A stretch of 64,000 nt of DNA from Strigamia acuminata. Its lineage: Eukaryota. The first letter of the stretch is position 1. Every line of letters begins with the position of its first letter. The notes beneath the pieces are model-generated. The model was not told the DNA's origin and searched no databases. It saw only the letters and a list, made by a program, of their open reading frames with translations. The translations under genes were made by a program, and so were the position numbers. The stretch spans positions 30,194,001 through 30,258,000 of the forward strand of contig OX442314.1 of NCBI GenBank assembly GCA_949358305.1. The letters run 5' to 3'. Of the stretch, positions 13,582 through 28,700 are shown piece after piece.

Positions 13582-15324
13582 TTCAGCTGATCCAAATTCT
13601 ATAAAAAAAAAAAAAAAAATTAAATAAATTAAAAAAAAAAAAAACCATCACCTTTAGAACAGGGATCCATTTAAAACCACATCAACTGTTCCTGAGCTTT
13701 TTATGCCCCATTTTGCAAGGTGCTTTCGCCCAACACATAAAATTAATAATAAAAAAATGAAAATCCAACTATCGGCTTTTTACGATGCAAACACACTAAA
13801 ATCTCGCCACCGCAAAATCCCAACGGTTTAATCCTCGCTATAAAAAGTGCTAATCTCAAAGTAAACCTCTTTCAATCCAAACTGGAGCGAAATGGAAAAT
13901 AAACTTCCCACTTAACAAATGTTTTCCAAACTAAAAATAGAATAGCTTTCGATCAACAGCTCGTTAACAAGATTACATCCACACTCGGCAGATTGTGTCC
14001 GCGAAGCGAAGGTCCATTCCGGTGAAAGCAATCCCAGTTTAACACCGCACACTGACTACGGTCAACTTCATTTGGCCAATCCAAACAAGGCACAACGCTA
14101 TGAACAACATTAGACATTACAGAAAATTTCTTTTCAAAATTTGTTAAACTTTACCCACGTGGTTCACAAATATATTTAACGATGTATTCCCTTTCATTTA
14201 ATCCGTGATTTAATGCATTCCAAAATGTAGAGGAATAATTAGCAGTAATTATTTACAGTATATTAGTTGTACATTAAATAATAAATACACTTCATCGTAC
14301 AATTGAAAAAATGCATTCATACCGTACTGCCACATTTAAACGCCCGGATTCATTCAAACACCGGGCCCGTTTTAATGCCGGGTAAACGCAAAAATGGCCA
14401 ATTACGTATCCATAACGTTTCGAAAGTTTCGGAAATTGACGCTGCTGCAGATGGATTTTATAAAACCTGATAGAATCAAAATTTCGTTTTAATTACATCA
14501 GGTTTTATAAAAACCATCAATTTTCGTTTTGTTATTTTCTTCGCATGTTTCATTAAATTGACGCCCGAACATTGTATTTTCATATTGCGCACGTATTGTG
14601 CACGTATTGTGCATGTTTGGTGCACAATATTTTGGTACTACGCTGTAAATTACTTTTAATGATGCATTTATTGTTGTTTACGGAGTATTTACTTCATTTT
14701 AGCATTATTAGACCTAATAGTAGGCTTAATACTGCTGAATAACAACTGAAATTAGAAAATCGTCTACGCAGAATGGGATGCGCAGTACGAATTTAGCATC
14801 AAGATACCGGAGGCGAACTGTAGTTGGTTGCCTGCCCCATTTCTCCCAATTATAAATCATTTCATTATAAGCATAACAAATCCTCGTTACTACGAACTGC
14901 CTTTTGCTTCCCCGACCTGTTCGTAACAGCGAGGTTCGACCTGTACTATTTAAATAATTCTACATTATCCAAGATTTTCAAATAATTTTTTGATTTGAAA
15001 TAATAAAAGCACCTCCAATTTAGAAGTGCACCACAATTTTTAATTTCAAATAATAGAAGAGTAACCTAAGCTTAATTCTTGCTGTGCAACAGTAGAAGCA
15101 CGCCCGTCTATTTCAGGAAACAAGGCAAGCACTTTCCCGGTAACGATGACTTAGCATTCTCGAAAGTATGACATCACAGTTCCATCATTTACAGTCCACG
15201 CTAAGATAATGAACCGAGAAAGGTTTTCGGGACACAGGGGTGTCCGATTAATGCAAACAAAATAGTTTTATAAACTCCAATGTCTCTAATTAGTTCAGAT
15301 AATTGGTGTTCTAGTGTAGTTCTA

Positions 15325-16133
15325 CGGGTGGCCTAAATAAACTGGCCCAACAATACAGTATCTCAAAAAATATATATATTGTTCAATTATGTTAGTTACG
15401 TTTCTGGTGCAGTTTTGTTCGCTCTTTCGTTTGGTGTTTAGTTTTAGACGATCCGAGCTTTTGTTCTCAAGATATTTGTGATTTTAATCAATTTTTGTCC
15501 CAATTTGCTGAGTTTGATTGCACTTGTCATTCTTGAATTTCAGATTTTGTGGTATACTTTTGGGGATTTTTTTCAGCAGTACCGATACAAGTAAACAGTA
15601 CTTTTCAAAAAGTACCGCATCTCGTGGTCATGGTATTGTACCTGTACCTCTTTTTTTAGCACCATACCACTTAACTGAGATAAAACTCTCAAAAAATCTA
15701 GCAAAATCTCAAAAAATCTAGCAAAATCTCAAGAAATCTAGCAAAATCTCACAAAATCTAGCAAAATCTTACAAAATCTAGCTAAATTTTGCAAATTTCA
15801 CGCAATCTCGTACTATAAAATCTGAAGAAATCCACAAAAATACAGCTGAATAAATTCAAAACGTACCACAAAATCTGAAATTCAAGAATGACTACCGCAA
15901 TCAAACTTGGCAAATTGGGTCAAAAATTGATTAAACTCGCAAATATCTCACGAAAAAAATCTCGGATCGTCTAAAACTACACACCAAACGAAAGAGCAGA
16001 AAAAACTGCTCCAGAAACGTTAATCAAACTCCACTGCCCACAACTAACAATCAATACACATTTAATTGAACAATGAGTACACCCTTAGTAACCCTCCTTG
16101 TATTGTCGGGCCGATTTTATTTGGGCCACCCGG
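15325..16133. mobile_element. Foldback/Tc1-like MITE with long (~230 bp) inverted arms and an internal 20-bp tandem repeat
   Basis: cgggtggcc(t/c)aaataaa TIR; 15400-15557 is the imperfect reverse complement of 15863-16020; aaaatctagcaaaatctca repeats at about 15685-15790. Confidence 0.8.
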
Positions 16134-16513
16134 CATTTACCAACCATCTTTCCCTTTTATTCCTTTCCAAGCTGTCTAATGATGTAGTTTAATCCGAAAA
16201 ATAAAAATTAAATTCATTAAATATAATGAACTTAATATTTATTTATCAGCTCAAACTACATCATTAGCCAACTTGGTAATATCCAAAAAACTAACCCTAA
16301 CTCCGAAACATCACCTTCAAATTCAAACACACAACAAAATCCACCCAAACAATCCTTCGATCTTTACAAACAAATCAAAATTTAAAAAAAAAAATCTAAA
16401 TCTTTAATCAAACATCCCAAAATAAACCCAAAACAAAAAAAAACAAAAAAAAAAAACACATCCACCCCAACTTTCCTTCTCCATTTCACCAGAAACAAAT
16501 ACCCAACACTGCA

Positions 16514-16521
16514 TGACGTCA
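16514..16521. promoter_or_regulatory. CRE palindrome upstream of the G-gamma start codon, in the divergent TRMT12/G-gamma intergenic region
   Basis: Perfect TGACGTCA about 240 bp upstream of ATG 16763; function untested. Confidence 0.4.
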
Positions 16522-16762
16522 CAACCTACTCTCCACCACCCAGGCACTCGCAATCTAATCTCCAATGACATTCTTCTGCTTGCACACATCCCGGTGCAGC
16601 ATCTGCTTATCACCCAGCACAAATTGCTCGCATCTGCTCCACAAAAACAGCAAAACAAACCCAAAAAAACAACCAAAAAACTAATTTCTTAAAACCGGTT
16701 CCGCAAACATAGTCACAATAAGTGACTTTTCCGAATTATCCCCGCATCAAGCGGCTAAAGTC

Positions 16763-19700
16763 ATGTCTCAAGTGCAAGCAATGAAGAAACAGGTGTGTCA
16801 ATTGAGGCAAGAAGCCAACGTGGATCGAATAACGGTTTCGGAGGCTTGCGAAGAGTAAGTTCATTTTTCTTTCATTTCTCCTTACCTTGTTGCTATGGCA
16901 ATACTTCAATGTCTGTTAAATTCACCCTGAAAAGCGCAATTCTGCCTGCAAATTGCATTTATGTTTGCATGCATTCAACAAGGTCCCATGGAATATTTCA
17001 AAATTTAAAATCAATTTTTGCAAAGAATGTTCAACTACGTGACTGACATATGGTCCCCCTATTGGTCAGTCACGGCGGAGTAATGAATTCCCAAAATATC
17101 AGGCGGTCGTAGCGGATGAAGCCGAAAAAGCCGGTGATAAGGAATGAATTTAAAGCTTAGCAATAGGGATTCTTTCCCATTGATTTTTAAAGCCAAGTAC
17201 GATTGCATTGAGTTTGGTAAAGAAAAAGTGTTATTTATACGGATTTATGACCGTGGTGACCTTATCGGCGGATAACAGCCCATCAAACCCGCCCGATCAA
17301 TCTTGAGGCTGACATTCCATGCGGGTATACGCCATACCTTTAGCTTTACGCGGTGCTGTAGTGAGGGATATACGCGAGATTATATCCAGGGTGGGATCAA
17401 GATGGGATCACTCAGTGTAATGACGAATGGGGCGCATTAAGACGACCAAAATTCACCGACGAGCGTTGAAAACAATGAATGACAGGGCGCACAAATACGA
17501 TCGTTCAGGGCGCTGATCGACCTGGTCAACCCTGATTACATCGTATACCTTTGGCTTTCGGTTATAGTCATTTTAGCGACGCTCATTTTAGCGATTTTTA
17601 CCAAAAAAGTTCCATTTTAGCGAACATGTCATTTTAGCGACACAAAAACCTAGGTTTTAGCGACAAGCCGGCTCAAAAAAAGTGGTTTTCATCAAAAAAC
17701 CAGTAAGGTTAGGTTCGCGGGGGGTCAAGTGGGGGTTAGCCCTTCTTAGGAATTAAACCTAGGTTTTTGTGTCGCTAAAATGACATGTTCGCTAAAATGG
17801 TGTGTCGCTAAAATGAAATCGCTAAAATGAAATCGCTAAAATGATGTACATCCTTGGCTTTATACACCGTATTCCTTCTGCACTATTACTACGTTTACAT
17901 GCACCGAATATTTTGAGTGGTGAATAATTCGAGTGGTGAAAAAATCAAATTGTTGTGTTTACATGCAGAAAATAATTTGTGATCACTTTCGGTTTCGACC
18001 AATGGGAAAGTGCCGGAAGCGATGCGCGCATGCGCAATAAAAATAGTTCGAGTTCGCTCGAATTAAACAACCTTCTGCGAGAGATTATTCACTACTCGAA
18101 TAATCCTTGTCGTCCCTGTTTGCATGAAAGTTGTGCGCGCGGAATATTTCATCTCGCTCGAAATATTCCATGCGTGTAAACATAGTATATGTGCATTACA
18201 CCTTTGGCTTTACACGCCGTATAAACTCTTAAGCCTACTTCACATGCATGCGTTAATGCATGCGTTAGCGCACCAAAGCTGCTTCGTTGCATGTGAACTA
18301 GGTAGGTTGCTTCACCAACGCGCATTGGCCGAAGCGCCTTGTGATTTCGTGCGTTATAATGCACGATGCATGAAGTTAAAGTAAGGGGTTTCATTAAATG
18401 AGCGATTATTGTGATTAGTTGATTATTGCAATAGTCGTAATCACTCAATTGTTAAAGGCCCAACAAAAATCTGATTATGTGATTATTGCATGTGAACTAG
18501 CCTTTAAGTTAGTACAAGGTTGTCCTTTCTCCCATTGGTCGAGCGATCACACGTGTAATGACACATAAAAGTAGGCCAAAACACCTGAATTGCATTCACA
18601 ACCATTTTTCCTAACAAAACAACTAATTAACAAAGTAAAATTTGTTGTCCTGCCAAAAAATCAACAAACAAAGCAAAAAATTGTTTGATGGAATGAAAAA
18701 AATATTAAAATTAATCTCTTGAAAATAAAATAATTTTTTCAAATACAAAAATTTACGACTTAAAAAAACGATGAAAATAAATTAAACTACTTTTCCTGCA
18801 TTGTAGTGCCCCGTTAGGATATTAATAAAGCTTAGCCAATGGGAGAAAGGACACTATTCTGTTAACTTAAAGTATACCTTCGGCTTTTCTTATGACTACA
18901 GCACTGTTAAGGTACTGGTACTGCCTTACTATATTTACTGTAATGGAGATAACCTCTAAGGTAATATCTCAGTCGCACCAAATTCATACGCTGAATTAGA
19001 CAAGCTAATCCAGCACGAACATTTCATGTGACCAGGATCGTACATTTGTTTGGGTGATCACGTATCACATGAAGAATAACAGGGAATCTGAGCAAGGTGA
19101 ACCAACAGAATAGAAATAAAAGATGATTGGTTCAATGCGTGCGATGGCAATTTCATTAGTTCAAACGAATGATCTTGTAGAGAACCGGACGTCATGTTTC
19201 AGCAGGCTGACCCGACCTTCTCACAAAATTTTTATTACTTTTTAATTTTTATTAAATTTTTTACTCTGTGACCAGCATTTTATCACATCAAAAAATTGGA
19301 AAAAAAATCAAATTTTTAGAATATTGGCGAATACAACACCATGGTGTTATATTCAGCCAATATCATGTAAGTTTGTCGAAAAAGTAAAATTGTTATTTAC
19401 TCTATTAATTTGCATTCATTACGCTGATTAAAAGACAAAAAAGATTTATAAATTAACAAAAACAACGATATACTGTACGTTTTAAATATTTTTATACAAA
19501 TCTGAATATAACACCATGGTGTTATAGCTGAAGTGGTGTTATATTCGAATTTTTCAACAATGTTTCACAAATTACAGTTTTCAAAGAAACTCGAATACAA
19601 CACCATGGTGTTATTTTCCAGCGAAGACGGTAGCATTGCATTTTCACCGAGAACTGGGAAAATCACCAAAAAATTTTAAAGACGTGTAGATATATGTTGT

Positions 19701-22700
19701 CCCTGTAGTCTCATTGCTGCTTAACGTGTGTTCAAATGGAAACACAAATTATCATCATGCAAAATCATGTGACTTCGTCGACTATGGAATTAAAACTTCA
19801 CAAACACATTTACTGCAGTAATTAATCACTTTAGGTTTCCAGTAGACGCATTCACATAACCATAAAATAAATTTTTACATGTTAAATTTTACATTTAGAC
19901 TAGTTTAAAAAATATAAACAAGTTTAAGTAACTTCATGAATGTGCCTAGTATTTATTTTACAATCTTGTAACAAAATGCAAAGAAATCTCTGGACAATTC
20001 AGTTGCCTTTCAAAAAACCTATACCCACCATAATTGTTTTGTTTTGTGTTGCTAAAGTAAATCTAATCCTCAGCAATCAAGTCTTTAAAGGGTAACTAGT
20101 AAAGTATCATTACACAGTGGACTCCCTCAAGATTAGATCCCAAATTGCCAGAGTTCACATTCACCACCACTGGATAAACAAGTGACAAGCTGACCAGCAT
20201 GAGGAAGTAGAGATATGGATTAATGGGTTCCCCAGAAAATATATTGCCCTGCAGACACTGCCAGCAGAAATCAAATTAAGCACGGTAGACTCCAGAACTC
20301 TACTTTCATTGCTGTTTGTAACCTGCTCACATTAATAATTGTTTGCAAACAATACGGTAACTTAACTAACGATTGGTCGTTCATGTCACTTCGCAAAAAT
20401 TCAATTCACTAGTCCACTAGAAAATTATGATGTAATGCAGTTTGGCTCCGCCCACAATAAGAAAAATACAAATTAACAATGTTATAATGTTATTTTGCAA
20501 TGGTTTTTCTCATACCATTGTTACGATCACGTGATCGTATCACCTGACTTCATTTTTCCAAAGGTCTATTGTTGTCTTGCTAAAACAACAATTAAATCTT
20601 ATCTGCTAAAACAACTGTTAAATCCTATCACTAACCTACCAATTAAATCTTATTGTTTTAAAATGATAGTGTTTGGTGAATTCGGCACTGGGTTTAGACT
20701 ACTCAATAGGAACTACAGTCGAAACTCTTTATAACGAATCGCAAGGGACCGGACAAATCAATTCGTTATAACGAGAATTCGTTAAAACGAATTAGCTGAA
20801 AAAAATAAAATTTCATCATAAACAACATTATTTATTCATAAAATCATGTTAATTTTATTCCGATTCTTAAAAACTGTTGAAATTGTTAAAACGGGACAAA
20901 TTAAACTCAACTGCTACAATTGGTAGCTTCTTGCCATTGTTAATGGCATTAAAAATGTTCAACTTGTCCTAAATCAAAATTTCTTTTCATTTGGCAGCCA
21001 TTTTAAAACACAAAATTTTTCATTTTTTCTAAATATGTTCCTAACATGGGCAGTCATGTGATCAGTTTTGAAAATTCGTTATAACGAGGGCTTGTTGGTA
21101 TTACAGTGTACCTGAAAACCTGTTCGTTATAACGAATAATTCGTTATATCGAAATTCGTTATAACGAATATATTTAACATGGTGTTCTATGGCTGGCCAA
21201 CCAAGTCATTTTCAATAATTCGTTATAGCGATAATTCGTTATATCGCGATTCGTTATAAAGAGTTTCGACTGTACAATTATTTCTTTCCAACCAAAAGTG
21301 GCAATTTCTTCTAATTAAAAAATACCATGCGGTTGAATTCCCCTCGAAACCAGACTCACTCGACCTAAAAATTACTTATTTCGCTGAAAGGTTGTGGTAA
21401 TATGTATAAAAACATTTCTTAAGTTGGGACCATAAAAATCTAATGTGCACTTTGTTTCCATAGTTTCACTTTACTCCCAGTTTAAGCCAATCATTATAAA
21501 AACTTTAAATAATTATTTTATACCACACTTTCACTACTCAGCATTGCTACAAACGCAAACATATGCTTTCATTCGTGCATGGACTAATGCCACGAACGGA
21601 GCTTCACTTTTTAATTTAGACATGAAATGATAAATGTGAACCAAATTCACGGAACCAAATTTCAAAACTAAACATTGTGCCAAGCATTTTCATTTTTCTG
21701 AATTTGAAATTCCTGCAGGCAGGCGACAATTCAAATTCAAAAACAATCAATGCGCCACCATGAACCAAAGATAACACGGACACGTATCCACATGTTCTGT
21801 GCGTTTTACCACCGATGGCGCCACATAACATACAGCCATACTGTATTCTGGGACGACAACACATAACAAACATGCTTAGTTGGCAAGCAATGCATGACAC
21901 GTGATTGTTGTCATCCAATCAGCGCACAGAACAACGATTCAATAGGAAATAACACATGGATCATGGCGCCACAGTTTTTAAAGAAAATTTGAAGTTTTTA
22001 AAGGAAATTTGAAGTTTTTAAAGGAAATTTGAAGTTTTTAAAGGAAATTTGAAGTTTTTAAAGGAAATTTGAAGTTTTTAAAGGAAATTTGAAGTTTTTA
22101 AAGGAAATTTGAAGTTTTTAAAGGAAATTTGAAGTTTTTAAAGGAAATTTGAAGTTTTTAAAGGAAATTTAAAGTTTTTAAAGGAAATTTGAAGTTTTTA
22201 AAGGAAATTTGAAGTTTTTAAAGGAAATTTGAAGTTTTTAAAAGAAATTTGAAGTTTTTAAAGGAAATTTGAAGTTTTTAAAGGAAATTTGAAGTTTTTA
22301 AAGGAAATTTGAAGTTTTTAAAGGAAATTTGAAGTTTTTAAAGGAAATTTGAAGTTTTTAAAGGAAATTTGAAGTTTTTAAAGGAAATTTGAAGTTTTTA
22401 AAGGAAATTTGAAGTTTTTAAAGGAAATTTGAAGTTTTTAAAGGAAATTATTACGTGATACGGTATCATGAAATACGCACGTTCACTCGATTTTCGTAAC
22501 AAACCCCCCAAAATTGGCAAATTGCAGATTTTCCGCAAATACGCATTACGGTCCGATTGCGGCAATTGCGGACTAAAAAAATACCTCCAATTACAAAAAT
22601 TTTGTTGTCAAAATGCTCTATTTGCATTATCCACACTTATGAAACCATTTTGGAGAAGTTTTATTTTCTGCAAAAATAGCAGCTTTAAATATTAGATGCG

Positions 22701-25700
22701 TTCAATTTGCGAAAAGAAAGACAAATCTTTTCTTTTCTTCCTTTTGGACACCGGAAATGACGCAAAAAACGTATATATTTACAGTCTAAAGAGACTAACA
22801 ACGAAAATAAATGTTTGGTACATTGGATATGCTACCTGGCACAATCGTTTTATAAGTCCTTCCGTGCATTAGAGTTTTTGCACCATCACTATAAGCTTAT
22901 GTACAGAAAGGCCCATACAAAAGGGAAATAAAATCCTCTTCCAATTTAGAAACTATGGATACCTAATGACAGCAGCAGAAAGCTCTCTGCACAGGAACTG
23001 TTTCCATTAAGTCAATAATGGCATAATCACATCATTGTGGTCCATTACTCAATTTTTCAAAGTTTGGAGTTTATATCCAATATATTATCCAATAAATCAT
23101 GTTTTTAAAGCTTCAAAAAATCAGGCAATAAAGCTTTGTTGGATGTAATAGTTAATTTTAGTTGGGTGGTTTGTGTGTTCAGCACTCTAATGTTCATCAG
23201 TCTCTGTACACAACCGAGATCAAACATGCAATTTCTGCAAGTAAGCTTTGAAAATTGCTGGCTTATGATTGGTTCATTACTGCCGCTCATAAAACTGGTA
23301 GGTACACTTGAAACCGTGACCCAAAAAAATGCCTTGATGGAATAGAGCTTAAAGATTAATGAGGTAAATTATAAGTTATAAGTTCATTCATTTTGCGATT
23401 GCACTTTTTGATTGGGCTGCAAGAATTAATAATGACAAAACAATTCCTAACGAAGATCGTTAAGAGGCTTCAAATATTCATTTAAGCGAATGTAAAACCA
23501 TTACAGCAGTGCAGACCACTTGATACAACTATTACATCCACTACAGGGCACTACGACACTAATTAAATTTGCATCTTTTCTGGCACGGTGCTAAATAAAG
23601 GACATTCCCCATTTAAGCGCTGCACAACATCTAGCCAATTGTGTATGCAAGTTTCATACTTCCACATGACTATTCTTGAATTAAATATGATTTATCACAA
23701 CTATAAAATTAGATAAAACTGTTGGCCTTTGCTTGCATTATTAGCAAACCCAAATGTCAAGTGTAAAGTTGATGTTTTGGATGAGAAAACTCTATCTGCT
23801 CAACTAATACAAACTTACTTGCAGTCATGTAGATAAGTACTTCCCAAACTTTATATTGTAGCGGACTGGTACTTTGTCCAATATGTGCTGTACTCCAAAC
23901 CAGTACAACGTTGTCCTAACTCCTATTGGTTGAGCCGGATTACGCCTAACTCTATTACGCGGGAAAAGTAGTTCTGTTTATTTTCAATGAATTTCAGTGT
24001 AAAAAGTGATTAGAATGATGGGTTTTATTTATTTGATAATAAAATGTTTATTTTATTTGCTAAATAAGCTTTTTCCCTTTTAACCAATCAAACAATGTTA
24101 TCATAGTTTGTTGATTTCTTTTGGCAGGTAAACAAAGGTTTAGTTTTTTATTGGTTGTTTTGCCTACCGTATTACCTCACATTAAGCCGCATGCCAGTGT
24201 AGTGCGAGTTATACCAGCATGCCGATAAACCTCGTTTTTAACGGCATGCCGGTGTAAGTGAGAACAAATTTTTCTAAATGAGAATTCAGCCAAAACAAGC
24301 CTAAAATCCTTATTAGATCTCCAAAATGTATGAAATTGCCTTAAATTTCTATAAATTTACCAAGATTTTAGTAAAAACCTGCAGAAAATTAGGAAAATTT
24401 AAATTTTAGGCCTAAAAACCAACATAATTATTCATCCCGGGGTCTTTATAGGAAAAAAAACAAAAATCCCGCTTTTTCACTTATACCGGCATGTTTCGCT
24501 TTATACCGGCATGCCGGTATAAACTTTTTGTATGCAATTTTAAAAACCTGGTAAACCCATGCCCAACGACATGCCGCTTTATGTGAAGTAATACGGTAGT
24601 TAGATTACAATTCTGGTGTTACGGGCTACTTTTCTGTGCCACTACACCAGTGAGACGGCTCAACCAATAAGAGTTAGGACAACGTTGTACCAGTTTGGAG
24701 TATAGACCCTATTCGGTAACATTTATGTATAACAATACCCAATTTTAGACAGTTTGAATTGTTTGAGATTAAATGGGGTTTTTCAAGTTTTCTTTCCTGC
24801 CTCATATAAACGTGGGGGCGTATAATACTTTTCTTGGCTCGCCAACGGCACCTATTTGAAGCTTGGCACTTATTCGGGCCCGGCAACTGCACAAAAAAAT
24901 CACAAATGCAAACAAACAAACATTCATGTCAAGTTAAATAAAAGTCTTTAAAAAGCAAAAACTAAAAAAATATTTTTTTCGACAAAACGATTCTTCATGA
25001 GAAATGTGTGTCGTATGTCAGTCAATAAAAAGTGATCATTAATCACCCATAATGCATTACACGCATTGGAAAAAAACAAAGAGACTTCACTGTGTCTTGT
25101 AAACTCAATTTTAAGAACTGCACCGTTTAACTGTCAACCATTTCTCGTGTTAAATAAATATTCCTTGAATGGCAGTTATAATAAATAGAGCAATTCTTTG
25201 CCCTTGTACAACTTGCCAAGCGTAATTTCATTCTCCCAGTTCCAAATTAAATTCCTGATTGACAGATACTAGCAATAACAAAAGCACTACAGCATTTACT
25301 AGTCAATTGTTTATTTCCACCTATTTTTTTTTACAAAAGATTTATGGTTGTCAACTTTGATTTAATAAAGCTAAAGAGTTTGGCAACAAACATTTCTAGG
25401 AAACGGATAAACCATCTCTAGTTCCTGGTAGGCACATTTCAGCAAGAATCACAAAAACTATAAAAATATTTTACGCAAACCCAAAAAAAAATTTTCTCTA
25501 ACTTTTTCCATTTAAAAACTTATTCAGGCATTGTAATGTGCCTCTGTCTCTGTGAGCAAATGGAGCCATAAACTGCATTAGTCAAGAAAGCAACTATAAA
25601 AGTAAATCATTAAAGGAGCCATTAAATTTCAACAACCATTACTTCAATGTTGTCCTATAAAATCACTAAATCAAATTCAGTGCTGGAACACCTACTGAAT

Positions 25701-28700
25701 AGTCATAAAGCATTCACAGTCAGGTGAATAAAAATTATGATAATGGAAAAGCTACAACAAAAATTGGCAGCCTATACTCTGGTTCATCGTCATCGTAAGA
25801 GGGGGACCAGTTCCTATTGGCCGAGCCTGTTTACTCCTACGTAACTCTTGCCTTTATACTACCACCAGGAAATGTAGTTTTGTTGTGTTTTTAATTTGTT
25901 TGATTATTGTAGATGGTTGAAATGATATAAATTGACTTCTATTTCATAATAAAATGGTTTAAAAAGTCTTAAAGCAATGTTTTATGCTGTTACTTTTTCA
26001 AAATACATGTTTGTTCAGTTCGTTCAGTTTATTGGTTGCTTTGTTAGGAAAGCAAGCAATTTTTGAATTTTTTGATTGGTTGTTTTGTCTGGCAAGCACT
26101 CAACATGTATTTTGGCCTACTTTTGTGTATACCTACACCAGTGAAATGGCTCGGCCAATAGGAACTGGTCCCCCTCTTACGATGAGCCAGAGTATAGTCT
26201 TGAAGCTGTCTGTCTTCGATAGACACACAGTTGTGTTAAGTTCCACCCTTGCTGCGGAATTGTTGCAGCTGGGGTTTGCTGTGATTGGCTGCGGAAAAAA
26301 ATCGCACGGAGAAATAATAAGCTTTTAAATCTAAACCTAACAAAACTCCGCCTGAAAGCGTTATTGTCTACGCGCTCGGGTTTAATTTTAGAAAATCTAA
26401 AAAAGACTCTAGGTGCATTCAAAAACTCTAAAATGTATGCAAAACTCGTTTTGTGTTTGTACGTGACGTCATTCCCATTGAATAACATGTTATTCAATGG
26501 GAATGGGAATGACGTCACGTACAAACACGAAACGAGTTTTCGCGTTTTGCATACGTTTTAGAGTTTTTGAATGCACCTACTTATTATTATCTCTTTATAT
26601 ATAAAAAAAATATAGATATACATATGCGACAAAAAAAATTAAAAATGTATATTATATTTCCCATTTAAATACATTCATTAAAATCTTTTCGGCCATAAGT
26701 GAAGCCTCAACCACAAAACAAAATCACTCCAGGTTTTAACAATGAATTTGGGCTAGTTGTAAAGTCCTGGGTTTAATCGTCCTAGATTGAATGAATGTGC
26801 AGAATGGAATGTACAGTTCGAATTTAACATCCAGTCACCCGTCATAAACTGTAGTGAAATGTTAGGTGCGCACTTAGGTTCCCACGCAATGTTGTGTCAC
26901 ATACTCACATCAAAATTACCAGAGATTGGCGTTAATTTGAGCTCCGTCTTAAGTTGAAGTTCAACACAATGCATAGAGAAAGCTGTTTGCCAAAGAGGTC
27001 GCCAAAGAGAATGAATTCAATTCTCGGCGATTCAGACTCACACTTGAGGTGACAAAGTTTAATTTAAATGTTAATGGAGGGTCCTTGATCGGCTAGGCAC
27101 AATACACTGCACTTCCACAGTTAAGAACTTCGGATTTTACTTCGAATTGTCAGATTTTGTCGCGACTACAATTCAAGGACGACTCTTAATTATTGGGACA
27201 AAAATACTGGTCCATGACATTACAAAGTTTGAAAAGCGCTGGACAAACACTATAAAAACATCTATCTCAATGCGCATCCTTTTTTTGATTATTAATAAAG
27301 TGATTTAATGACATTACAGTAGGTGCATTCAATAAGTCTAAAACGTATGCAAAACTCGTTTCGTGTTTGTACGTGACGTCATTCCCATTCCCATTGAATA
27401 ATATGTTATTCAATGGGAATGACGTCACGTGCAAACACGAAACGAGTTTTGCATACGTTTTAGACTTATTAAATGCACCTAGTGTTTGCGGCAGGTACTT
27501 TACCGTTACAATTATGACATTTTTACACTATTTTTGGTGTAAGGTAAAAGTGGGTTGCAGTTGAAGTTTTAGGTTATAGTTATAAAATTAGAGTTAATCT
27601 TATACATGTCACGTGATTACCAAAACTAGTAATACCTGCATTCCAAAAAGTTTTCGAAAGTAAGCCACACCCAATTCTGTTTGAACAGGGTCTTTTTTAC
27701 ACAATTTTGATCTTACACAATCTAGAAAAATAAATTCAATTCGATTTTTACAAGATTTCTTTTGTTTTAACACGGTTTTTTATAAAGATTTTTAAAAAGG
27801 AGTCTTTTATAAGACACTAACTGCATTCTAAAAGTTGTGTTATAACCTTCTAGGTAAGCAGGGTCATTTCATCGCCAATCATTTCCTCACCTCAGTCACC
27901 TCGAGCTTCTACTGCGACTGTTAATGCAGGGAAGCAAGTCCCCTGCTCAGTTTGCACTCATCACGCCTTAACTGGGACACAAAGCGAAAGAGAATGAAAC
28001 AAAATTAAACTATCAAGGATTGTTGCTAAAAATGGCGACAAAATAAAGGCAATGAAATGAAGGTGACAAAATGAAGGTGACAAAATGAAGGTGACAAAAT
28101 GAAGAGACAGGTGCTTGTGAGTCTGTTTTCGTATTTCTTAACACCACAAAACAAAACAAACGCTTATAACACGTGTGACACTTAGCTGCATTCAATGACC
28201 CTCCTTGGCCACTTTGTTTTGTGATTCAGTCTGCTTTCAGTCGCAGTGCACATGTGCACAAGTTTACACATTAAAACATGTGTAACTGCAATTTTATACA
28301 TGCTTGTCTTTAAATTTATTGCAGCTAAACAGCCTTTAAACAACTTTTATTGTAGAACACCCATTTAAACTGATTTAAATTAGATAAACCAAACTAAACG
28401 ACTTTTAAATCATCCCTTATTTTACTCAAAATTGAGTGCAAACACCAAAAACGTGAAATTTAAGTACCGTATTCTATCGATTAAGAGCCGCGGCTCTTTT
28501 TCAAAACTGCCATTTTTGTCAGCAAACACAATTTCGGTTTTTCGTTTCTTACATTTGTTTAACGTAACAAACAAAGTCTGAACGTCACGAACGAAGCCTA
28601 CATTCATCGTTCATGAGATTAAATACGGAAACAATACCGTACTTTTGCAAAAATACGATATTCTTGGTGTCTCAGCCGCGGCTACTATTCGAGGGCGGCT

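Noticed and set aside
16404..16676. ORF as the missing TRMT12 N-terminal exon
   Set aside because: No resemblance to TYW2 N-termini in any frame; more likely promoter/UTR sequence.
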